A stretch of 64,000 nt of DNA from a bacterium (GTDB taxonomy: Bacteria; Bacteroidota; Ignavibacteria; UBA10030): NCBI GenBank assembly GCA_043803945.1, contig JAZDJN010000010.1, positions 1 to 64,000 on the forward strand, written 5' to 3'. Shown here piece after piece: positions 52,189-60,698 of the stretch (the first letter of the stretch is position 1; every line of letters starts with the position of its first letter). A model generated the notes under the pieces. The model was not told where the DNA came from and searched no databases. It saw only the letters and a list, made by a program, of their open reading frames with translations. A program made the position numbers and the translations under genes.

Positions 52189-53382
52189 TTAGGCGTTGGC
52201 CCTAAGCCCACCAAACCGTTTCAATTTCCCTCGCACAGTGGCTAAGAGCATCTCCTCTGAAAATGGTTTCGTAATATAATCATCCACCCCAAGCTCTTTT
52301 CCGGTTTTAATTAAAACGGAATCTGTCAGACCACTTAAGAATACAAATGGAACAGAACGGTATTTATCCAGCTCCATAATTTTTTGATAGAAACTGAAAC
52401 CACCCATTGTTGATGTTTCAAGATTTATGTCAGAAATAATCATATCGGCTGATTCTGTTTTCAAATATTTGAAGGCATCGTCGGATGTTAGAAATGGTTT
52501 GACTTCATAGCCTTGCTCGCGGAGGAGACCAGATACAATACTGAGTATCTGTTCGTCATCATCAATGAGGGCTAGTTTTGCTTTATTTTTCTGGAAACGA
52601 ACATCACGCAGAAGCTCCATCTGAATCCGATCATATTCTTCCTCAGTGATCTCATACTCTTTCCGTGTTTTTGAAAGAATCGAGGGATCCTTCGATACTT
52701 CCGTAGTGTTGAGGACTCTTTTCAATACTGCAAGACATGCCCGACATCGAATATCACTCTCTAGTTTGCGATGATGGTCCTGACTGATTCGGTATTGACT
52801 TTGAAGCTCTTTAACAATTGCATATTGTTGCGGTGTCGGTTTTCCGTGGCACCACAAGCGCGTCAGAACTTGTTGATACTCTCGAATCTCCGTTTCCGTG
52901 GGTGGTGTGACAACCGGAGATTTCTCAATCTGCTTCGTTTGTTGAGAGGGCAACGGAGGAACAGACGGGATGCTCAATCCAGTCTGCTTACTCGGAGTGG
53001 AATTTATCACCTTTCTTCCTCCATCAGATGCGATCTGAGGCGGAACAGGAGGTAATGAAGTTTTTAGAGTCGCTTGCACTTTCTGGAAATATGGTACGGG
53101 GGATGTAGCTTTCTTCCGAAGCTCTTCATCGCGGCGTCGTGCCGCTTCAACAACTGCTAAACGAGATCGTTCATTCGCAAGGTGTTTCTCATGCTCCGAT
53201 CGCAGGTGCTCAATTCTTTCTTCATATGCAAGAATATAGAAATTATGAGGATCGAGCTCTTTTGCCTGGATGACTTCACGGATCGCTTGGTCAATTTCAG
53301 CAGCTCTGAGTAACACATCAACTCGTTTCAGTATCTCACTCACCTGTTTTTTTATATCGTCTCGAATTGTCAAGCCAGACAT
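52189..53382 (-). CDS. Response regulator with C-terminal receiver and unrecognised N-terminal region
   Basis: C-terminal LIDDD...IISDINL...FLSG...YITKPF; N-terminal helices, coiled coil and Pro-rich linker; GGAGG before the ATG at 53382. Confidence 0.85.
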   Translation of the reverse strand: MSGLTIRDDIKKQVSEILKRVDVLLRAAEIDQAIREVIQAKELDPHNFYILAYEERIEHLRSEHEKHLANERSRLAVVEAARRRDEELRKKATSPVPYFQKVQATLKTSLPPVPPQIASDGGRKVINSTPSKQTGLSIPSVPPLPSQQTKQIEKSPVVTPPTETEIREYQQVLTRLWCHGKPTPQQYAIVKELQSQYRISQDHHRKLESDIRCRACLAVLKRVLNTTEVSKDPSILSKTRKEYEITEEEYDRIQMELLRDVRFQKNKAKLALIDDDEQILSIVSGLLREQGYEVKPFLTSDDAFKYLKTESADMIISDINLETSTMGGFSFYQKIMELDKYRSVPFVFLSGLTDSVLIKTGKELGVDDYITKPFSEEMLLATVRGKLKRFGGLRANA

Positions 53383-53430
53383 ATGCAATTCCTCCAATTC
53401 CTGGGTGAAGGCAAAACGAACACATCATCA

Positions 53431-54540
53431 TTATTGTTCAATTCCATGAGATGTGTTTTGAAAAGTAATAACGATTTCGGTACCCTCTCCGATCTCACTA
53501 ATAATTGTTAGTTTCCCCCCATTGATCTCAGCAATACGCTGAGCAATAATTAATCCAAGCCCCATACCTTGTTGTTCATAGTGCTCTCGTTCAAATTGCA
53601 TGAATGCACCGATGAAATTTATCTGGGCTTTAGACATCCCTCGACCCAAATCCTTTATCCTTAAAATTCTACTCTCTCCTTCACTATGGGTAGAGAGAGT
53701 GATGGGTTGGCCCGACTTCGAAAATTTTGCAGCATTATCCAGTAATTCTTCAATCAATATCTGAAGATCATCTATTCTTATCTGACCGTTGATCTCCTCG
53801 AGCTGCAGGATAAGATCATTCTCTCGATGCATTGACATCATTTTATGCTCGGCAACACTCTTTATCGCTTCTATTAAAGCTATAGTATTCCTCGGCAACT
53901 GTTTTAATGATCGAGGATCCTGGGTTTTTCTCAATTCTAATTGAGTGTATAACCAGAACTTTTCTAATGTGGCTTTAATGCGATTAGAAGATTTAAAGAT
54001 AAAATCGCCATATTCAGTTAGCTCCTCTATTGTGAGGTGTGCTGCGTCGTCTTTTAAAAGTTGCGCAAAACCAAGTAAACCTGTTAACGGAGTGCGTAGT
54101 TCGTGCGGCAGCGCCCGGCTGATATTTGCCCGTAATGCTCTCACCTGCTTCGTGGAATACTCGTCATACTGCTGTTTCAGTGAGAGACGGCTTTCGACTG
54201 CTTTGAGCAGTTCCTCTTCAGTAAAAGGTTTCGTCAAATAATCGCTTGCACCCAGTACCATCCCTTTGCGAATATCTTCCTTTTGATGTTTTCCTGTCAG
54301 GAAGATAAAAGGAATAATCGCAGTAGATTCCTCTGAATGCAATTGTTCAAGCGTGGTATAGCCATCGATGCCAGGCATTTGAACATCACAGATAATCAAA
54401 TCAGGCTGATTCCTTTTTGCGCATTCTACACCACGGTAACCATTCTCTGCTTCTACCACATGGTAGTTATTTAATTGCAGTAGTAATTTTGTGGCTAACC
54501 GTAAATCGTCGTCGTCGTCAATAAGAAGTATCGTTTTCAT
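53431..54540 (-). CDS. Hybrid kinase REC-HisKA-HATPase
   Basis: LIDDD/DVQMP/KPF receiver; PHELRTPL H-box; ELLDNAAKF, DLGRG and GMGLGL boxes. Confidence 0.93.
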   Translation of the reverse strand: MKTILLIDDDDDLRLATKLLLQLNNYHVVEAENGYRGVECAKRNQPDLIICDVQMPGIDGYTTLEQLHSEESTAIIPFIFLTGKHQKEDIRKGMVLGASDYLTKPFTEEELLKAVESRLSLKQQYDEYSTKQVRALRANISRALPHELRTPLTGLLGFAQLLKDDAAHLTIEELTEYGDFIFKSSNRIKATLEKFWLYTQLELRKTQDPRSLKQLPRNTIALIEAIKSVAEHKMMSMHRENDLILQLEEINGQIRIDDLQILIEELLDNAAKFSKSGQPITLSTHSEGESRILRIKDLGRGMSKAQINFIGAFMQFEREHYEQQGMGLGLIIAQRIAEINGGKLTIISEIGEGTEIVITFQNTSHGIEQ

Positions 54541-54549
54541 AGGTCGATA

Positions 54550-55176
54550 TCATCGCTCTCTGTTGGCTTCAATTAATATCGTTAATGCCTCAAGAACAAC
54601 CCGGTCGATGGACTGCACTGTCTCATTTATCTTGGGATCATTCAGAATCAAAGGATTTGTTTTCATCGATTGTAGGAGAAATCGTGCCGCTGCGAGAGGG
54701 TTCCCTATCCGATCGGCAACCGTGCATGCCAACTCCATTCGGGCATTCCTTCGTACCTGCTCGGCAAGTTCGCTCTGAATGTGAAGAAACCGCATTCCTG
54801 CTCTGATCCGTGCAAAAAGCTCCTCATACGAAAATGGTTTTACGATATAATCATCTGCTCCTGAATCTATTCCAAAGATTTTATCGTCTGTTGTATCGCA
54901 GCCGGAAATCATAATAATATACCGATGCTTGTGCTCCGGAGTGGATTTTATCCAATGAGAAAGATCGGTCCCGGTTCGGATTGGAATCTGCTTATCAATA
55001 ATCAGCAGGTCTGGGTCATACTCGCTGACGATCTCCTCAAACAGTATCGCGTTGCTCGTACTCTGCACATTGTATCCTTCTTTCTCAAGAATCGCAACGA
55101 AGGGATTCAGAAAGTCAACGTCATCGTCAATGACCAGTATCTTTGTTTTCTTATTCTCCACATTCATCTCTTTCAT
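54550..55176 (-). CDS. Receiver plus degenerate DHp domain (no His, no ATPase domain)
   Basis: Intact receiver (IDDD, IIDKQIP, ISG, VKPF); TVADRIGNPL at the H-box position. Confidence 0.8.
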   Translation of the reverse strand: MKEMNVENKKTKILVIDDDVDFLNPFVAILEKEGYNVQSTSNAILFEEIVSEYDPDLLIIDKQIPIRTGTDLSHWIKSTPEHKHRYIIMISGCDTTDDKIFGIDSGADDYIVKPFSYEELFARIRAGMRFLHIQSELAEQVRRNARMELACTVADRIGNPLAAARFLLQSMKTNPLILNDPKINETVQSIDRVVLEALTILIEANRER

Positions 55177-55193
55177 ATACTATGATCGTCTAT

Positions 55194-55880
55194 TCACAAA
55201 TTTAATACTGAGTACGTGATAGGACCCTGTAGCGAATTCTGATGAGAGGCCGGGCGAATATAATTAAGTTTTCTTATAACATCCGCGATACGATGTGCCC
55301 CTTGTTGAATCATTCCTAATAATTTCTGACGTTCTTCACTGCCAACCTCTCGACGAACCATAACTTCAACAGCGAGGTTGACAATCGCCAGGGGATTATT
55401 TATCTCGTGATGGACGGTATGAATAAGCGTTTCAATCGCTTCAAGTTGAATCTCTGTGCGCTGCAATTCTTTATCACTTTTTCGTTGGCAGCTCTTCTCC
55501 ATCACAAACTGCAACTCTCGTTCGAGAACAGATTTTTTCAGCAATTCTATTTTATTCACAAAATTATCAGCTCCCATCCTTAGGAAATTCTGCACAACGC
55601 GGTAATCTTCGATGGAAGACATACACAGAATTGCTACATCAGCATCCAATTCCCGTATTTTCCCTACCAATTCCGCACCATTGATGCCTGGCAGATGGAA
55701 ATCGAGTATGATAGCGTCATACCGAATGCCGTTGAGCAGCATCTCTTCTCCCTCTTCAGCAGTTTCGAATGAATCGACGAGCCTTACATTCGGCAGAACG
55801 TTTTTTATTCTGACAGTCAATGCCGCTCGGAACGCTGGATCATCCTCGATGACAAGAATTCTTAATAGTTCGTTACGCAT
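55194..55880 (-). CDS. Receiver plus HisKA (DHp) domain without ATPase domain
   Basis: IEDD, ILDFHLP, MSS, VNK receiver; TVHHEINNPLA H-box; ends shortly after the DHp helices. Confidence 0.85.
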   Translation of the reverse strand: MRNELLRILVIEDDPAFRAALTVRIKNVLPNVRLVDSFETAEEGEEMLLNGIRYDAIILDFHLPGINGAELVGKIRELDADVAILCMSSIEDYRVVQNFLRMGADNFVNKIELLKKSVLERELQFVMEKSCQRKSDKELQRTEIQLEAIETLIHTVHHEINNPLAIVNLAVEVMVRREVGSEERQKLLGMIQQGAHRIADVIRKLNYIRPASHQNSLQGPITYSVLNL

Positions 55881-56189
55881 GAGTAATTACCCTTTTCCGA
55901 CGATCCTGAAACTTTGGTTTATTCTATTACCGCTACAGGTAGGATGCCAGCATATCTCTCCACCCAAGCACGAATAGCCGTTGAAAACATTGATTATTAA
56001 TTGATTTTAAAAGGAAAAACCTTTGTGTGTGCATTAAAGCATTATTCTAAAATGTAAATTCTACATTGAGGAAGTGTCGCAGATCGAGAGGTGTTAGTTT
56101 CACTTTACCGGAATAAACGTAATCACTCAGTATGCTATTTGCGATTTTTTTATGAAAGATATTCAATTGATGAATCACCGTTATCTTCT

Positions 56190-56249
56190 GACTCATCCCC
56201 CCATCCCCCTTCTCTATTCTTAGAGAAGGGGGAGAAAGGGGGTTGAGTC
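56190..56249. repeat. Palindromic REP-like element
   Basis: GACTCA-TCCCCCC-ATCCCCCTTCTCT-loop-AGAGAAGGGGGA-GAAAGGGGG-TTGAGTC. Confidence 0.6.
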
Positions 56250-56416
56250 CGAAAAACGGCTTTTCAATCATCCCAATAGTTATTACGTAAACAACTGAAA
56301 AGTACGCTGAGCAGTTACGAATAAACAATGACTTTCGTTGAGTGAATTCCATTACGTCCCTTAATAATCGAGACGAAGTTGCGCCGACTTTCTATCTGCT
56401 CCAAATCGCTTACTGG

Positions 56417-59400
56417 TTATCCATTGTCGAGCACGTTGCGTATCGCGCGGAGAACTACATTTGGATTATATGGTTTCTGTATGAATCCTTTCACCCCTTC
56501 TTTCAATATCTGTTCCTTCATCCCGGGTTCAATAAATCCGCTGGCGAGAATCATAGGAAGACCGGGATTCAACGCCTTCAGCTTTCGATACAGTTCATCA
56601 CCGCTAAACTTCGGCAATCCAAGATCGGAGATCACCAACGCAATTTCTTTCTGATGTCGCTGATATGCGCCCAATCCTTCCTCACCATCCCCCGCTGTCA
56701 ACACCGTGTACCCTTCCGATGCGAGAATTACTTTCACTAGTTCTCTCAGCAACTCTTCATCTTCGACCACGAGGATGGTCTCGCTGCCGCCGGGAATTTC
56801 CTCAGTCGTACGTTCTTGCACCTGTGTGAGCTCCAGTGTCTTGTATGGCACGGGAAAGCAACATTGGAATGTCGTTCCTTTGCCGAGATCACTCTTGACG
56901 GAGACAAATCCGTTATGGCTCTCCATGATCCCAAAGACTAACGAGAGACCCAATCCGGTTCCCTTGCCGCGCTCTTTTGTTGTAAAGAATGGCTCAAAGA
57001 TGCGGCGCTGCGTCTCTTCGTCTATTCCCGTACCGGAATCAGCCACGCTGAGAACAACGTATTCCTGGTCGGTGGCTCTTGGATATTTGTCACGCAATGC
57101 CTCGCCCGATTCGGTATGTGTGGAGATCGTGAGCGTTCCACCGCTCGGCATGGCATCGCGCGCGTTCACACAAAGATTCAGCAAAACCTGATGGACTTGT
57201 GTTGCATCCGCTTCAATCAACGGTGAGTCGTTCTCAAGTTGAAGATCAATAGTAATCGTCCTGGGAAATGTTTCGTGGAGGAGTTTGATAACCTCGTTGA
57301 CAACATTATTGAGTGTGACGGACTCGATGAGTACATCAGTCTTTCTCGCGAAGGTAAGCATTTGTTTCACCAGATTGGCTCCCCTCATGGCTGCCTTCCT
57401 TATGGCTTCGACATTCTGTTGAATGGTTGAACAATCAGCAGGAAGTCGTTCAAGTAATGCCGCATGACCGATGATGATGCCGAGGATGTTGTTGAAATCG
57501 TGTGCAATACCGCTGGCAAGTGTCCCCAGGCTTTCAAGTTTCTGGGCTTGCTGGAGCTGCGCCTCCAGGTATTTCTTTTGGTTTTCATTCACTTTTCGCT
57601 CAGTGATATCGCGCAGAGTGCCTATAATTTTTTTCGGATGCCCTTGAGCATCGAACTGGATCTTCGATGAAATAGAACATGGGATCTGTGAATCATCGCG
57701 GTTTTTGAGCGTGATCTCAAAATCCGTAACTCTGCCGCGTTCCTGCAAAACCGCCAGGAGAGCTTCCCGCTCGCCGGGATTTGAATAAAAATCGTACATC
57801 GACTTTCCAAAGAGATCATTCCTATGATACTGTCCTTTCGACATGACCTCAATGGAAGGACTGACTTCGAGGATCGTTCCATCAATAGCTGCCTCGTAGA
57901 ACACATCCTGCACATTTTCAAAGATGCCCCGATATTTTTCTTCGCTCTTCCTCAGCGCTTCCTCAACCCGCTTGCGCTCGGTTACGTCATGGATAACGCC
58001 AAGTATATATTTACCATCCTGGAGTTCGATGATCTCGCCGGATATCAGAGTATCCCGGATCTCGCCTGACTTGACGCGAAACTTCACCTCCAGGTTACGC
58101 ACGCGTCCGTCACGCATCAGGATGTTAATATACTGGTCGCGTGCCGCCGGGTCAGCCCAGAATTGCAATTCGTTTGTTCTCTTTCCAATAATTTCATCCT
58201 GAGTATAGCCAGTTGCCTCATACAATTTTTCGTTTACCTCGACAAGCCGTCCTTCAGCTAGCGAAGTCAATACGATGATATCCGGGCTGCTTCGAAACGC
58301 CTTAGCAAATTTCTCCTCGGATATATGCAGCGCCTCCTCTGCGCGCTTGCTCGCCTGTTCGGCGAGCTTGCGTTCGGTGATGTCAATAATTACACCTTTC
58401 AGTTGAACAATTTTATCGTCTTCAACAACCGGAACCACATTGGTTTGAATCCATTTAATCGTCCCATCGGTTAGAATTAACCGTACTTCAAGACTGAAAG
58501 ATTTTCTATTCTTGAATAGGTGTGCATGATTTTCGTCGAGAATATGAACATCCTCCGGATGAATTTTACTTCTGAAATACTCGAAGGATGGTTCAATTTC
58601 AAAGGGCTGTAATCCAAGAATGTTATAATAATTGTTGGACCATCTGTTCTCCTGAGTAACCATGTCCCATTCCCAACTACCCATTTTGCCAATGCGTTGT
58701 GCCTCGTTCAAGCGCACATCGCTCTCACGTAACGCTTCTACCGCTTCTTGTCGTTTTTTTTCCGTTTCGATTGTTTCTAATGCAAACGAAATATCGTTTA
58801 TTACTTCATCCAGCAATTCAATTTCTTCCTGATCAAAGAAAAGCGATGTGGGTGCGTAAAGACTGAAAGCGCCGATGACTTTTCCAAACAATTTTATCGG
58901 TAATGCAATCGAAGAACGATAGCCGCGCTTTAGTGCTTCATCTTTCCAGGGCGCCATCTTTGGGTCATTCTCTATGTCATTGCATACATAATGATTTCCT
59001 TCGCGGATTGCGGCACCTGTTGATCCTCGTCCTTCGGGCGTATCGCAGACAGAAATCTTTTTGATCTTGGAAAGATAACCATCCTCAATTCCTGCAAAAG
59101 TGAACGTGTTCACAAGTTTAGTTTCTTCATCAACTAATCCAATCCACGACATCTGGAATTTCCCATGCTCGACTGCAATACGACATGCTTCTTGGAAGAG
59201 TCTCTCTTTGTCTCGAACCCTGACAATCGCTTGATTAATCTGACTGATAACTGCATAGATACGACTCGCCTTGAGGATTTTTTCCTCCGCCCGCTTGCGC
59301 TCGGTGATGTCACGTATGAAAACTGTCACTCCAACAATTTCTTCATGTTGATAGATCGGATTCCAACTGAACTCATAATAAATATCGGAATCTGGTTGAT

Positions 59401-60193
59401 GTTGTGTTTCCGAAAATGCTTCTCCGTGTAACGCACGATCTATGCTTTGTTTTGCCAGTGCTCGAAACTCCGGCAATTGCATGCAATCAAGCAGATTCAT
59501 TCCGATGTTGATATCAGCGTTCCATACTCGTTTCATTTCCTCCCGATGCTTTTCATTAAATATGGTATAGCAGTAATTTATATCCAGGGAGAAGATTATG
59601 ATATCGCTTGCGCTATTGATCAAAGCGGTAAGCAATGCGTATTGGGATTCTAATACTTGTTCTGCGCGTTTCTGCTTTGCAAGTTCTGCATCGAGCTTTA
59701 TAATCGTCTGCTCCGATTGAAGCATTTTGTCTTCCAACTTGCGGATCAAGGCTTCATTATACACCTGGTAGAATGTTGCATCTTCTTCTATCGATGGCGG
59801 AATCGCTGGTGTCCTGGGTATCTTTTTCTCCTTAAGGACTTCTTGCACGGTGGCAACGAGCTCTGAATGCTCTATCGGCTTTATCATAAACCTCGTTGCT
59901 CCAAGGCTCATCGCAAAATCCTCGTCTTCTTGTCTTGTGTAAGTCGCGGTGAAGAAGATAAACGGAATCTTGCGCAATCGCTCGTCCTTCATCCATTCGC
60001 GGCAAAGAGCGAAACCGTCCATTTTCGGCATCAGAATGTCGGAGACGATAATATCCGGCGGATTTTCCCGCGCGCACACCAACGCCTCCACACCATTGGC
60101 AGCTTCCACAACGTTGAATCCGCTCTTCTCAAAAATGGTAGCGAGGAGATACAGATTTTGCTTATTGTCGTCAACAATCAATATGTTTATCAT
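56417..60193 (-). CDS. Cytoplasmic hybrid sensor kinase REC-PAS-GAF-PAS-PAS-PAS-HisKA-HATPase-REC
   Basis: Receivers at both ends; DITERK PAS linkers; GAF (SSIALPI..GKVIG); IAHDFNNIL H-box; NARDAM and GTGLGL boxes. Confidence 0.95.
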   Translation of the reverse strand: MINILIVDDNKQNLYLLATIFEKSGFNVVEAANGVEALVCARENPPDIIVSDILMPKMDGFALCREWMKDERLRKIPFIFFTATYTRQEDEDFAMSLGATRFMIKPIEHSELVATVQEVLKEKKIPRTPAIPPSIEEDATFYQVYNEALIRKLEDKMLQSEQTIIKLDAELAKQKRAEQVLESQYALLTALINSASDIIIFSLDINYCYTIFNEKHREEMKRVWNADINIGMNLLDCMQLPEFRALAKQSIDRALHGEAFSETQHQPDSDIYYEFSWNPIYQHEEIVGVTVFIRDITERKRAEEKILKASRIYAVISQINQAIVRVRDKERLFQEACRIAVEHGKFQMSWIGLVDEETKLVNTFTFAGIEDGYLSKIKKISVCDTPEGRGSTGAAIREGNHYVCNDIENDPKMAPWKDEALKRGYRSSIALPIKLFGKVIGAFSLYAPTSLFFDQEEIELLDEVINDISFALETIETEKKRQEAVEALRESDVRLNEAQRIGKMGSWEWDMVTQENRWSNNYYNILGLQPFEIEPSFEYFRSKIHPEDVHILDENHAHLFKNRKSFSLEVRLILTDGTIKWIQTNVVPVVEDDKIVQLKGVIIDITERKLAEQASKRAEEALHISEEKFAKAFRSSPDIIVLTSLAEGRLVEVNEKLYEATGYTQDEIIGKRTNELQFWADPAARDQYINILMRDGRVRNLEVKFRVKSGEIRDTLISGEIIELQDGKYILGVIHDVTERKRVEEALRKSEEKYRGIFENVQDVFYEAAIDGTILEVSPSIEVMSKGQYHRNDLFGKSMYDFYSNPGEREALLAVLQERGRVTDFEITLKNRDDSQIPCSISSKIQFDAQGHPKKIIGTLRDITERKVNENQKKYLEAQLQQAQKLESLGTLASGIAHDFNNILGIIIGHAALLERLPADCSTIQQNVEAIRKAAMRGANLVKQMLTFARKTDVLIESVTLNNVVNEVIKLLHETFPRTITIDLQLENDSPLIEADATQVHQVLLNLCVNARDAMPSGGTLTISTHTESGEALRDKYPRATDQEYVVLSVADSGTGIDEETQRRIFEPFFTTKERGKGTGLGLSLVFGIMESHNGFVSVKSDLGKGTTFQCCFPVPYKTLELTQVQERTTEEIPGGSETILVVEDEELLRELVKVILASEGYTVLTAGDGEEGLGAYQRHQKEIALVISDLGLPKFSGDELYRKLKALNPGLPMILASGFIEPGMKEQILKEGVKGFIQKPYNPNVVLRAIRNVLDNG
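58720..59288 (-). repeat. GAF-coding segment duplicated at about 63349-63917
   Basis: Shared runs such as TTTTATCGGTAATGCAATCGAAGAACGATA and ATCTGACTGATAACTGCATA; protein segments almost identical. Confidence 0.9.
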
Positions 60194-60335
60194 CCTTATC
60201 CTCGCAATTTGAATGTGGTCATAGAAAGCTGGAGCAAAAGCTTCAGAACGAAGTCATGAAGTCCGGCGAATTCTAGATGTATTTTTGTGTCTTCGGATTT
60301 CTTTGAGGCAAAATAAAAGGATTCCTTCCGAGTTT

Positions 60336-60698
60336 CTACCTCAAATATTTCTTGATATCTGTAATGAACGTTTCCGGATTTATCGGTTTTTCGATGTAGC
60401 CGGTGCAGCCTTCAGCAAGTCCACGCTCTCGATCCCCGGCCATTGCATAGGAAGTTACGGCTATGATGGGAACGTTGTCTAACGCCCTGTTCTTTCGTAA
60501 CTCCGCGGCAACGGTATACCCATCCACGCCGGGCAATTGTATATCGAGCAAAATCAGAGCCGGTTCGATCTGGCTGGCAAGTTCGATTCCCCGCATTCCA
60601 TCCACTGCCGAAACGACTTTGAAACCATTGCTTTCCAGAATGTACGTGACAAGATATCGATTTTGTTCGTTGTCTTCGATAAGAAGTATTTTCTTCAT
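60336..60698 (-). CDS. Single-domain response regulator (DivK-like)
   Basis: IEDNEQN, LLDIQLP, AVTSYAM, YIEKPI. Confidence 0.93.
   Translation of the reverse strand: MKKILLIEDNEQNRYLVTYILESNGFKVVSAVDGMRGIELASQIEPALILLDIQLPGVDGYTVAAELRKNRALDNVPIIAVTSYAMAGDRERGLAEGCTGYIEKPINPETFITDIKKYLR

Noticed and set aside
52017-52214. IS5-like transposase C-terminal remnant (..ARRLVREYE..)
   Set aside because: Only a few residues resemble the motif; no inverted repeats or DDE region.
56047-56352. 101-aa ORF between the two signalling clusters
   Set aside because: It spans a palindromic repeat and has no recognisable domain, so it is probably spurious.
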